Of a stretch of 64,000 nt of DNA, positions 1 through 8,974 are shown piece by piece. The stretch comes from Clostridia bacterium (GTDB taxonomy: Bacteria > Bacillota > Clostridia > UBA1381 > UBA9506), in assembly GCA_045576235.1 (NCBI GenBank), contig JAZNGA010000030.1:1-64000 (forward strand), given 5' to 3'. Every line of letters starts with the position of its first letter. Within the stretch, counting starts at the first letter, position 1. The translations under genes and the position numbers were made by a program. The notes below the pieces were generated by a model. It was not told where the DNA came from, searched no databases, and saw nothing but the letters and a program-made list of their open reading frames with translations.

Positions 1-65
1 GAAGGGGTATAACCGCAGCGGTTAACAGGCTGTGGTGAAAGCATTAAAAAGAAACAACTTAATAT

Positions 66-141
66 TCCTCAATAGCTCAGTCGGTAGAGCATGCGGCTGT
101 TAACCGCAGGGTCGTTGGTTCGAGTCCAACTTGGGGAGCCA
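66..141 (+). tRNA. tRNA-Asn (anticodon GTT), 76 nt with encoded CCA
   Basis: Manual cloverleaf: acceptor tcctcaa/ttgggga, D-stem gctc/gagc, anticodon stem tgcgg/ccgca with loop cTGTTaa, T-arm ggttcgagtcc, discriminator G and CCA at 139-141. Confidence 0.85.
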
Positions 142-147
142 AAACAA

Positions 148-178
148 AAAAGACACGATCTGGTGTCTTTTTTGTTTT
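148..178 (+). terminator. Rho-independent terminator after tRNA-Asn
   Basis: Hairpin agacacgatc/ggtgtct followed by ttttttgtttt. Confidence 0.7.
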
Positions 179-344
179 GCTTTTTAAACTGTGCACGAAT
201 AGGCGAGCCTGCGAGCCGCTTGCGGACGCAGGGAATCGAGCAGCGACCGCCGCCGGTGGCGGAAGAAGGGAGCGCGGAGAGTTGTGCCGCGGTCGACAAT
301 TTCGTCAATGGATGTTGACGAAATGTCGGGCACCGCAAACGGGC

Positions 345-382
345 GTGGTTCGAGTCCAACTTGGGGAGCCACCAAGACAGAA
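345..382 (+). repeat. Direct repeat of the tRNA-Asn 3' end (T-arm, acceptor and CCA, 26/26 nt identical to 116-141), followed by its own terminator hairpin at 390-416
   Basis: tggttcgagtccaacttggggagcca occurs at both 116-141 and 357-382. The ~200-bp spacer at 190-345 is strongly GC-rich compared with its surroundings. Confidence 0.8.
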
Positions 383-513
383 CGATTCAGATGAAAATCT
401 TGGTCGTTCTGTTTTTTATTTTTAAAGTTTATAAGATTAACTTTCTTTTAACTTTGCACTTTTATAATAATCTTAAAATCAGGAAAATCTTTTGAACTTG
501 ACCAGGCTCGGAG

Positions 514-1188
514 GTGATAATAGTGAAATTCAGACACGAATACAAGCATCAAATAAACCTTGCAGATATATATGGTCTCAGGACAAGATTGTCTGCAGTC
601 GTAAAACACGATTCAAACTGTGATGCAGACGGAACATATTTTGTCAAGAACTTGTATTTTGATAACTACATGGACAAGGCTCTCCGTGAAAAAATTGACG
701 GAGTGAATAAGCGTGAGAAATTCCGTATCAGGTATTATGGAACGGACACATCCTTTATCCGTTTAGAAAAGAAAAGCAAAATAAATGGTTTGTGTAACAA
801 AGTAACCTGCAAAATTACTGCAGAAGAATGTCAAAAGATTATTGATGGCGATACTCAATTTATGAAAGACAGCGAGCACGAACTGATGCGAGAACTGTAC
901 TCCAAGATGAAATATCAGATTCTTCGCCCGAAGTGCATTGTTGCATACAATCGTGAGTGCTTTGTTTATCCGCCCGGTAATGTCAGGGTAACTCTTGATA
1001 TGAACATCTGCGGCAGTAACAATGTAAAGGAATTCTTAAATCCTGATTTACCTTTCTTGCAAACTTATCACGATGGGGTTTTAGAGGTGAAATGGGATGA
1101 ATACTTACCGCAGATTATCAGGGACTTAGTTCAGGTTAAATCAAGAAGGAGTGCCGCCTTCTCAAAATATGCGGCAATAAGAATATAA
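514..1188 (+). CDS. VTC-domain (polyphosphate-polymerase-like) protein
   Basis: 224-aa ORF whose N-terminus (RHEYKH...) and length fit the bacterial VTC family that normally sits next to DUF4956 and CotH genes. Ribosome-binding site ggaggtga upstream. Confidence 0.5.
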   Translation: MIIVKFRHEYKHQINLADIYGLRTRLSAVVKHDSNCDADGTYFVKNLYFDNYMDKALREKIDGVNKREKFRIRYYGTDTSFIRLEKKSKINGLCNKVTCKITAEECQKIIDGDTQFMKDSEHELMRELYSKMKYQILRPKCIVAYNRECFVYPPGNVRVTLDMNICGSNNVKEFLNPDLPFLQTYHDGVLEVKWDEYLPQIIRDLVQVKSRRSAAFSKYAAIRI

Positions 1189-1214
1189 ATGAATTTTTGA
1201 AAGGATGAAATTTT

Positions 1215-1886
1215 ATGACTTTTTCAGATGTATTTAAATCAAGTTTTTTGAGTAATCTCAATTCTTTTTCAACACTTGATGTACTTTTAGACCTTGGGCT
1301 TGCCTTTGTAATAGGACTTTTTATCTTTTTAATTTACAAAAAGACCTATCAGGGCGTGATGTATTCCGATTCATTCGGTGTATCTCTCATTGCAATGTCA
1401 ATGATTACAAGCCTTGTAATTATCGCAGTAACATCAAATGTTGTATTGTCACTCGGTATGGTCGGTGCTCTTTCTATCGTTCGTTTCAGAACAGCAATTA
1501 AAGAGCCTATGGATATAGCTTTTATGTTTTGGGCAATCGCAGTAGGTATCGTTCTCGGTGCAGGACTTCTTCCTCTTGCAATTATCGGTTCTGTAATTAT
1601 CGGTATCATTATTGTTGTTTTCTCAACAAGAAAAATTGGCGATACTCCGTATATCCTCGTTGTAAGCTGCGAAAACGAAGAAACTGAAAATGCAGCATAC
1701 GAGCTTATTAAAGAAGATGCTAAAAAGAGCCTTTTAAAATCAAAATCAGTAAACAAATTAGGCATTGAACTTACTTATGAAGTACGAATCAAAGACGATA
1801 ACACAGGCTTTGTAAATAAGATCTCTGCAGTTGATGGTGTAACAAATGCGGTTTTAGTTTCCTATAACGGCGAGTATATGTCGTAA
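1215..1886 (+). CDS. DUF4956-family membrane protein
   Basis: Multi-TM protein with the SLGMVGALSIVRFRTAIKEPMDIAFMFW motif. Conserved partner of VTC-domain genes. Confidence 0.55.
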   Translation: MTFSDVFKSSFLSNLNSFSTLDVLLDLGLAFVIGLFIFLIYKKTYQGVMYSDSFGVSLIAMSMITSLVIIAVTSNVVLSLGMVGALSIVRFRTAIKEPMDIAFMFWAIAVGIVLGAGLLPLAIIGSVIIGIIIVVFSTRKIGDTPYILVVSCENEETENAAYELIKEDAKKSLLKSKSVNKLGIELTYEVRIKDDNTGFVNKISAVDGVTNAVLVSYNGEYMS

Positions 1887-1904
1887 TCAGAAAGGAGACT
1901 TCAA

Positions 1905-2471
1905 ATGCTAAAAAAAATAATTCCAATAGCTATTGCGCTATGTCTGATATTCAGCATCAGTGTAATGGCAGAAAATACAAGTGCGGTAACTGATGGCACT
2001 GCTTCAGGAGCATCACAGCAGATGCCGCAAGGTGAACATCCGCAAGGTGGACGCGGTAATATGGGCATGCATCCAAGCGGAGATATGCAAGGCAGAACAC
2101 CTCCAAATATGCCGAATGGTGAAATGCCACAAGGTGAATTCACACCGCCTCAGAATGCTGTGAAAGCTAACGGAACGGAAGCAACTGAACCGAATGCAGA
2201 TGCAGGCATAACCGAAGAAAATCAGCAAACACAGGAAAACGGTGAAGAATCAAATCAGACACAAGGCGGAAACCAGCAGTTTGGCGGTCAGGTGCCCGGC
2301 GGTATGGGTGGATTCCCCGGTAATATGCAAAACTTTAACGGACAAACTCAGGAAGAACAGCCGAAAGGCTTTTTAGGATTTGCTAAAACATATTCCACTC
2401 CAATAACTTCCGTTGTTCTTTTAGGATTTGCATTTATTTTTGTCATTTTCTACAGAAGAAAGAACTATTGA
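1905..2471 (+). CDS. Secreted low-complexity (Q/G/M/P-rich) protein with C-terminal TM anchor
   Basis: N-terminal signal peptide, repetitive MPQGE/GGM motifs, C-terminal hydrophobic helix plus RRKNY. Confidence 0.5.
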   Translation: MLKKIIPIAIALCLIFSISVMAENTSAVTDGTASGASQQMPQGEHPQGGRGNMGMHPSGDMQGRTPPNMPNGEMPQGEFTPPQNAVKANGTEATEPNADAGITEENQQTQENGEESNQTQGGNQQFGGQVPGGMGGFPGNMQNFNGQTQEEQPKGFLGFAKTYSTPITSVVLLGFAFIFVIFYRRKNY

Positions 2472-2512
2472 TGTGAAGTTACATCAAAATCTTGAAGAAA
2501 AGGAGGATGGAT

Positions 2513-4195
2513 ATGCTATCGAGTAAACATATATCTAAAATAACAATAGCGCTTATATCTGCTACATTAATCTTGTGTGTTCTTGCCATGACCTTTTATG
2601 ATAAGCTGCTGCCTGTTGTGAATACTTCGGGTTACAGTATGGAATATCAGGACAAACTCTTTGATACAAGCGAGGTTATTGATATTGACATCGTTATGGA
2701 CGATGCAAAATGGAATGAAATGCTTCAAAACGCACAGCAGGAACGGTATTATGAATGTGATGTTATCATAAACGGCACTACATTTAAGCAAGTCGGTATC
2801 AGACCGAAAGGCAACACAAGCCTTTCATCCATTGCGAATGATCCGAATAATAACAGGTACAGCTTCAAACTTGAATTTGACCAATTTGTAGATGGACAGA
2901 CCTGCTTTGGACTTGATAAATTGGTGCTGAACAACAGCTATGCAGATGCCACCAATATGAAAGAAGCAATCATTTATGATATGTTTCAGTATTTGGATGC
3001 AGATGCTTCTCTTTACAACTATGCAAAGATTTCTGTAAATGATGAATATTGGGGCGTGTATCTTGCTTTAGAGGCTGTTGAAGATAGTTTTATGCTGCGT
3101 AACTATGGTATGGAAAAGGGATATTTATATAAGCCTGACAGTATGAATTTTGGCGGAGGCGGCAATAAGAAACAGGAAGGCAACAACAATTTCCCGACAC
3201 CGCCCGAAGGCAGATTTGAAATGCCGGAAAACTTCGAAAATTTCGGTCAGGGTATGCCTGCACCTCCAAACTTTGAAAGAAACAACCAAGACCAAAACGG
3301 TGAAAATCAGAATACTCAAGGAGAACGCAGAGCATTTAACCGGGAAGACTTTGGCGGTGGTGAACGAGGCGGACGTGGTGGCTTTGGCGGTATGGGTGGC
3401 GGAAGTAATCTTAACTATACCGATGATAATTTAGACAGTTATCAGACAATATGGAACAGCGAGGTTAATGACAGCACGAAAGCCGACCATGAAAGAGTTG
3501 TCAAAGCATTAAAGAATGTTCACGGACAAACAGATATTGAAAAATATATAGATGTAGAGCAAGTGCTTAAATATATGGCAGTGCATAATTTCTCTGTTAA
3601 TGATGATAGTTTAAGCGGTTCTATGGCGCATAATTATTATCTGTATGAAGCAAACGGAAGGATAAGCATTTTGCCGTGGGATTATAACCTTTCTCTCGGC
3701 GGAATGCATGGCGGTGATGGGGCAAGTGTAATCAATGAACCTATTGATGAGCTGTGGCGAGGAACAAAGCTTTTTGATTTCGTTTTGCAGAATGAAGAAT
3801 ACAAGGCTCGTTATCATGAATATTATGAAAAACTTGTAAATGAATACCTGTATGGCGGTAAATTTGAGGAAACCTACAACAGAATCAGAACACAAATTGA
3901 TTCACTTGTAGAAACCGATCCAAACAGTATGTACACCTATGAGGAATATTTGAAGGGTGTTGAAGTTTTGTATGATGCGATTATGCTTCGAGCAGAAAGC
4001 ATCCAAGGTCAGCTCGCAGGAACTATCCCATCAACATCGGAAGCTCAAAGTGCTGACTCATCAAAGCTTGTTGATGCATCACATCTTAATCTTTCTGATT
4101 TAGGTCAATTTATGATGGGTGGTGGCTTTGGCGGAAACAGAGGCGGCATGCGTCAAATGCCCGAAAGAAATAATCAAAATGCTTCAAAAGAATGA
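2513..4195 (+). CDS. cotH: CotH kinase-family protein with internal Gly/Asn-rich low-complexity insert
   Basis: Motifs GIRPKGNTS, YSFKLEF, DEYWGVYLALE are typical of CotH. Ribosome-binding site aaggagg sits 7 nt before ATG 2513 (the ORF track starts earlier, at 2492). Confidence 0.6.
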   Translation: MLSSKHISKITIALISATLILCVLAMTFYDKLLPVVNTSGYSMEYQDKLFDTSEVIDIDIVMDDAKWNEMLQNAQQERYYECDVIINGTTFKQVGIRPKGNTSLSSIANDPNNNRYSFKLEFDQFVDGQTCFGLDKLVLNNSYADATNMKEAIIYDMFQYLDADASLYNYAKISVNDEYWGVYLALEAVEDSFMLRNYGMEKGYLYKPDSMNFGGGGNKKQEGNNNFPTPPEGRFEMPENFENFGQGMPAPPNFERNNQDQNGENQNTQGERRAFNREDFGGGERGGRGGFGGMGGGSNLNYTDDNLDSYQTIWNSEVNDSTKADHERVVKALKNVHGQTDIEKYIDVEQVLKYMAVHNFSVNDDSLSGSMAHNYYLYEANGRISILPWDYNLSLGGMHGGDGASVINEPIDELWRGTKLFDFVLQNEEYKARYHEYYEKLVNEYLYGGKFEETYNRIRTQIDSLVETDPNSMYTYEEYLKGVEVLYDAIMLRAESIQGQLAGTIPSTSEAQSADSSKLVDASHLNLSDLGQFMMGGGFGGNRGGMRQMPERNNQNASKE

Positions 4196-4277
4196 CATAC
4201 AAGGTGTGGCACAGCTGTCACACCTTGAACTTTCTGCAGAAATATGTTATAGTAAATGTAACAAAAGAGGTGATTTT

Positions 4278-4949
4278 GTGCGACTTTTGGTTGTTGAAGA
4301 TGAAAAGCATCTTAATAAAACTTTAACGGAAAGATTGACAAAAATCGGTTATACAGTTGACAGTTGTTTTGATGGTAAGGATGCTTTATACTATATAGAA
4401 AACACACAGTATGACGGCATTATACTGGATGTTATGATGCCTAAAATTAACGGCTTTGATCTTCTTCGCATTATGCGTGATAAGAAAATTCTCACTCCCG
4501 TTTTAATGCTTACAGCGAAGGATTCGGACGAGGACATAATAAACGGACTTGATACCGGAGTAAATGACTATCTTACAAAACCATTTTCCTTTGATATACT
4601 CTGTGCAAGAATCAGGGCAATGCTCCGTGTTAAAGAAAATGTTACGGGTGCTGTACTTGAAATTGCAGATTTGAGTGTTGATACTGTGGCAAGAGTTGTA
4701 AAGCGTGGGGGTACGGTAATTGAGCTTTCATCAAAAGAATACTCTGTTTTGGAATATCTTATGCGGAATAAAGGAATTATCGTTTCAAAGGAAAAGATTG
4801 AAGAAAATATTTGGAACTATGAATATGAAGGCTCAAGTGATGTAATAAAGGTATATATTCATCACTTAAGAAAAAAGATAGACGATAACTTTGAGAAAAA
4901 ACTCCTTCATACTATCAAGAATGTGGGCTATGTCATAAAGGAAGATTGA
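4278..4949 (+). CDS. OmpR-family response regulator
   Basis: Receiver domain (LLVVEDE, D at ILDVMMP, LTAKD) plus winged-helix C-terminus. GTG start 7 nt after aaagagg. The ORF-track start at 4119 overlaps the cotH 3' end. Confidence 0.8.
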   Translation: MRLLVVEDEKHLNKTLTERLTKIGYTVDSCFDGKDALYYIENTQYDGIILDVMMPKINGFDLLRIMRDKKILTPVLMLTAKDSDEDIINGLDTGVNDYLTKPFSFDILCARIRAMLRVKENVTGAVLEIADLSVDTVARVVKRGGTVIELSSKEYSVLEYLMRNKGIIVSKEKIEENIWNYEYEGSSDVIKVYIHHLRKKIDDNFEKKLLHTIKNVGYVIKED

Positions 4950-4950
4950 T

Positions 4951-6300
4951 ATGAGAAAAATTACCTCTATAAAAACACGAATAACAATATGGTACACAAC
5001 ACTAATGTTTGTTTTAATTGTTGTTGTGCTGTCGCTTGTCGGCGGCCTTTCTTATCAGCTTTCAATAGATAGTGTAGAAAAGGATGTAATATTGCAGGTT
5101 ACTCAGGTAACTGAAAAGCTTTCCAAAAGACAGCCCGATGTGTTTGAATTGGTTGACAGCAAAGAAGAATTCAAGAATGTTTCCATATACGAAGCAAGCG
5201 GAAAATACATTGTAGGTCAATATATTTACGATGTTGTAAATATTCCGTTTGAAGAGGGCGTTCCTCGCAGAGAAAGTGTTGATGGAAAAGAATATATTGT
5301 TTATGACACAAGAACCCCTTCTCCTCCCGGTATGCGTGGCGGATTTTGGATAAGGGGCGTTGAATCGGTTAATTCCACAATGCTTTTGGGTGGGTCTGCT
5401 GTTTTAATTATGCTGATTTTAGTTCCGCTTATCTTACTCTTGACGGCACTTGGCGGATATTATATTACAAAACGAACTTTCAGACCTGTAAATAATATTG
5501 TAAAAACGGCAAATGACATTTCACATCAAAAAGATATTACACGAAGAATTGAAATTGCTCCGGATAGCAAGGAAGACGAGCTTCATCATCTTTCTGTTAC
5601 ACTTAACAAGATGCTTGATAGAATTGAGAATCTTATTATTCAGGAAAAGCAATTCACATCGGATGCTTCTCACGAACTAAGAACACCGATTAGTGTTATT
5701 CTTGCACAGGGTGAATATCTTTTGGACATTGCAAAGGATGAAAAAGAAAAGGAACTGGCACAAACTATCGTTGACAAATCAAAGCAGGTTTCAAAGCTTA
5801 TATCAAGACTTTTGCTCCTTGCAAGGATAGACCAAAACAGACAGAAGTTCAATAAGGAAAAGGTTGACCTTGGTGTAATTATTGATGTTGCGATTGACGG
5901 TATGAAGGAACTTGCAGCACAGAAAAAGATATTACTTTTCGCAAATGTTCCCGATGGAACTATTGTGGATGCAGATGAATCCTTGCTCCTTTCTGCAATT
6001 ACAAATCTTATCAGCAACGGAATTAAGTATGTGAATAAATCAGGTCATGTTGCCGTTTCAGCTTCAAGAATTGGTGACCGAACTGAAATAATTGTTGCAG
6101 ATAACGGTGTCGGAATATCCGAAGAACACATTGATAAAATGTGGACACGCTTTTATCGTGTTGATGATGTCCGCAATGACGAATACTTAAGCAGCGGATT
6201 GGGTCTTTCAATGGTAAAAAGTATAATCGAACTCCACGGCGGAAGTATTACTGTAAAAAGCGAAAGAGGAATAGGAACAGAATTTAGAATTATTTTATAA
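4951..6300 (+). CDS. Sensor histidine kinase (two TM helices, HAMP, HisKA, HATPase)
   Basis: H-box SHELRTP, N-box NLISNGIKY, G-boxes DNGVGI and GLGLS. Translationally coupled to the regulator. Confidence 0.85.
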   Translation: MRKITSIKTRITIWYTTLMFVLIVVVLSLVGGLSYQLSIDSVEKDVILQVTQVTEKLSKRQPDVFELVDSKEEFKNVSIYEASGKYIVGQYIYDVVNIPFEEGVPRRESVDGKEYIVYDTRTPSPPGMRGGFWIRGVESVNSTMLLGGSAVLIMLILVPLILLLTALGGYYITKRTFRPVNNIVKTANDISHQKDITRRIEIAPDSKEDELHHLSVTLNKMLDRIENLIIQEKQFTSDASHELRTPISVILAQGEYLLDIAKDEKEKELAQTIVDKSKQVSKLISRLLLLARIDQNRQKFNKEKVDLGVIIDVAIDGMKELAAQKKILLFANVPDGTIVDADESLLLSAITNLISNGIKYVNKSGHVAVSASRIGDRTEIIVADNGVGISEEHIDKMWTRFYRVDDVRNDEYLSSGLGLSMVKSIIELHGGSITVKSERGIGTEFRIIL

Positions 6301-6535
6301 GAGACATCCAAACCGTTCGGCTTTTTCATCGATATAAATATCTCTATGGTTCTGCTTTACCGTAGAAACCGAATGATTTAGATGACTCGTCTAAGTTATT
6401 CGGTTTTTTATTTTGTAGTTTGTATTGTATAAAGAAAATTCAAACTATAATTTTTTGTTTAATATTGAATTTTGTCAAAATGTATAGTATAATTAATACA
6501 TATCATAAATTGTGTAAGTATGTAGGGGGATCACT

Positions 6536-7837
6536 ATGGCAATTGTTGACGTAATAAAGTATGATGGCAATCCTGATGTGTTTGCTTGGAAATATCCCAA
6601 TAGTGAATTAGGAACATGGACTCAGTTGATTGTAAATGAATCACAGGAAGCTATTTTACTTAAGGGCGGGCAGATTTGCGATATTTTTGGTGCAGGAAGA
6701 CACACTTTAGATACTGCCAACATACCAATTCTAAATAAATTGATAAATCTTCCATTCGGTGGTCGTTCGCCGTTCAGTGCCGAAGTATGGTATATAAACA
6801 AAGTTTTTTCTCTTGATGTAAAATGGGGCACTTCTACACCGATCCAATTACAAGATCCTAAATACAAGGTTTTTGTGCCTGTGAGAGCTTTTGGTCAGTT
6901 TGGTATTCAGATAGAAGACTCCTACAAGTTTTTATTAAAACTTGTAGGAACTCTTGCACAGTTTGACAAAAATTCTATTTTGAAATTCTTTAGAGGCGTA
7001 TATCTTACAAAAGCAAAGGATGTTATATCTTCTTATTTGGTTCATAAAAATATCAGCGTGTTGGAAATCAATGCATATCTTGATGAAATGTCCACATATT
7101 TGCGGGAAAAGATTTCACCAACATTTGAACAATACGGAATAAAATTGGTTTCTTTCTTTGTTAATGATATAAATGTTCCTGAAGATGACAAGGCAGTTGT
7201 TCAACTTAAGAATGCACTTGCAAAAAGGGCAGAAATGGATATTGTTGGATATAGTTATCAGCAGGAACGCTCATTTGATACTTTGGAAGGTGCTGCTACA
7301 AATCCTAATTCAATGCAAGGAGGATTAATGGGAGCCGGAATAGGTTTAGGAATGGGTGTCGGCGTAGGTGGCGTCGTTGGTCAGCAGTTTGGTGGATTGA
7401 CACAGAATTTGAATACAAATGACACTAAGGAATGTCCAAAATGTAAAGCAAGAATCGGAGTAAATGAAAAATTTTGTAATCATTGTGGTTTTGATACTAC
7501 ATCAGAGCCGTCAAATGATGAGTCAACAAGTAAAACAATAAAATGTTCGTCTTGTAATGCAGACATAACAGAAGATACAAAATTCTGTCCCGAGTGCGGA
7601 AATAAATATAACCCCTGCAGTAATTGTAAGGCGGATATACCGGACGGAGCTGCAGATTGTCCTGTGTGTGGAACCAAGGGTCCCTCTCTTTGCCCGGGTT
7701 GTGGAAAAATGTTGAGTGGAAACAGCAAATTCTGTCCCGAATGTGGGTATTCTTTAGTTAAAGAATGTAAAAACTGTGGAAACAAAATAGAAGGAGACGA
7801 GAAATTCTGTCCTGAGTGTGGAACAAAAATAGAATAG
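6536..7837 (+). CDS. SPFH/Band_7_1-domain protein fused to five tandem C-terminal zinc ribbons
   Basis: N-terminus (VIKYDGNPDVFAWKYP...ESQEAILLKGGQ...GRHTL) matches the Band_7_1 family (B. subtilis YdjI-like). C-terminus has five CxxC-x10-12-CxxCG units. Promoter TTGAAT-17-TATAAT at 6467-6495. Confidence 0.6.
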   Translation: MAIVDVIKYDGNPDVFAWKYPNSELGTWTQLIVNESQEAILLKGGQICDIFGAGRHTLDTANIPILNKLINLPFGGRSPFSAEVWYINKVFSLDVKWGTSTPIQLQDPKYKVFVPVRAFGQFGIQIEDSYKFLLKLVGTLAQFDKNSILKFFRGVYLTKAKDVISSYLVHKNISVLEINAYLDEMSTYLREKISPTFEQYGIKLVSFFVNDINVPEDDKAVVQLKNALAKRAEMDIVGYSYQQERSFDTLEGAATNPNSMQGGLMGAGIGLGMGVGVGGVVGQQFGGLTQNLNTNDTKECPKCKARIGVNEKFCNHCGFDTTSEPSNDESTSKTIKCSSCNADITEDTKFCPECGNKYNPCSNCKADIPDGAADCPVCGTKGPSLCPGCGKMLSGNSKFCPECGYSLVKECKNCGNKIEGDEKFCPECGTKIE

Positions 7838-7850
7838 AGGAGACACGGAT

Positions 7851-8303
7851 ATGTTGAAAAACTCAAAAACAATTTTTTTGATTAGTGGTGCAGCTTCGAT
7901 AGTTGCAACAATATTATTTTACTTACTAATATTTGATAACATTTTTACAGTTTCAATGAGATGGGTTTCCCTTATGTTTTTAATTATTGCAGAATGTATT
8001 GGAACCGTAAAAGCACTTAGTATAAAAAAGTCGATATTTGGAGTTGCAAATATTGCAATCAGCTTGTTTCATTCACTTGTAGTGCTATTACTGTCAATTG
8101 TATTCGTAAATGCTTTCCCGTTTTCCGTTAAAGCATATATCTTGTGGAATTTGCTTTCATTAGGAATTATGGTTGTGGTTGATGTAATCATAATCTATTT
8201 TGGCGGATATGTGGAATCAAAGAATAACAAATCGCCTGAAAGCCGGGCTGTTTCAGATGGCTTAGACACGAAAGAAAAAAGCGCTAAAAGAGGAAAGTAT
8301 TAA
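7851..8303 (+). CDS. Small polytopic membrane protein (4 TM) with charged C-tail
   Basis: Hydrophobic helices throughout. Tightly linked to the SPFH gene (13-nt gap). Confidence 0.5.
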   Translation: MLKNSKTIFLISGAASIVATILFYLLIFDNIFTVSMRWVSLMFLIIAECIGTVKALSIKKSIFGVANIAISLFHSLVVLLLSIVFVNAFPFSVKAYILWNLLSLGIMVVVDVIIIYFGGYVESKNNKSPESRAVSDGLDTKEKSAKRGKY

Positions 8304-8342
8304 AAAACGATAAGAATGGTAATAAGTGCAGGAGGTAAAGAT

Positions 8343-8831
8343 ATGAAAGGCTGGGGAATAGGGTTATTTATATTTGGAGCAATAGGTTTTGTAGGATGTG
8401 CATCTGATTTTGATTTAGGTGGATGTGTAGTAGCTGCCGTATTCATATTGGGCGGATTGGCGTTGATAATTAAGGCGAAAAAGGGTCGTAAAGAAGCAGA
8501 AAGAATGAAACAGTATATTTCTATTATTGTTAATGGAAATGTGCGCAGTTTAGATGAAATTGCATCTACTACAGGAAAATCCTATGATGCTGTTCGTAGT
8601 GATGTAGAAATCCTGATCAACAAAGGATATTTAGAAGAAGCATATATAAATGAAAGTACACGAGAAGTTGTTTTGCCTGAATTTGATAAGTATTCAAATT
8701 TGCAAAAAAGCCAAAGCACAACATCAACAAAAGCGTCGGCAAGGGTGATTGCGTGCCCTTCTTGCGGTGCAAAAAATACAATTGCAGGTGATGTAGGGGA
8801 ATGCGAATACTGCGGTTCTTCTTTAAAATGA
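8343..8831 (+). CDS. Membrane protein with cytoplasmic domain and C-terminal zinc ribbon
   Basis: Two TM helices, then CPSCGAKN...CEYCG. Ribosome-binding site aggaggt 7 nt upstream of ATG 8343. Confidence 0.5.
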   Translation: MKGWGIGLFIFGAIGFVGCASDFDLGGCVVAAVFILGGLALIIKAKKGRKEAERMKQYISIIVNGNVRSLDEIASTTGKSYDAVRSDVEILINKGYLEEAYINESTREVVLPEFDKYSNLQKSQSTTSTKASARVIACPSCGAKNTIAGDVGECEYCGSSLK

Positions 8832-8974
8832 TATTGAATAAGCGAATAAACATTTGTTTTGTATGAGGAATATACAAATGACGCGAATTATAATATATAG
8901 AATAATGCATTGCAAAAGGTTAATTTTTGTGGTATAATAAGTATAGCAAATATTTTATGAAAAGGGGTAAAACT

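Noticed and set aside
1-60. Window start, as part of another tRNA or a T-box
   Set aside because: No cloverleaf or T-box core could be folded; it only has an 11-nt inverted match to the tRNA-Asn anticodon arm, which is mentioned under the tRNA-Asn finding.
69-425. Four overlapping ORF-track ORFs (69-359-, 91-318+, 177-425+, 184-375-) over tRNA-Asn and the GC-rich spacer
   Set aside because: They overlap a clear tRNA and each other, have no ribosome-binding sites, and their length comes from high GC suppressing stop codons; treated as non-coding.
3150-3420. Gly/Asn-rich low-complexity stretch in cotH, as a possible frameshift or fusion of two genes
   Set aside because: The reading frame is continuous with CotH motifs on both sides; interpreted as an internal disordered insert.
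3150-3434. Internal or antisense ORFs within cotH (3090-3335-, 3125-3319-, 3150-3434+), and similar shadow ORFs inside other long genes (e.g. 1349-1765-, 7480-7872-, 12627-13133-, 31225-31662-, 60857-61366-)
   Set aside because: Each is fully embedded in a longer ORF with recognisable domains and a good ribosome-binding site; no independent start signals.
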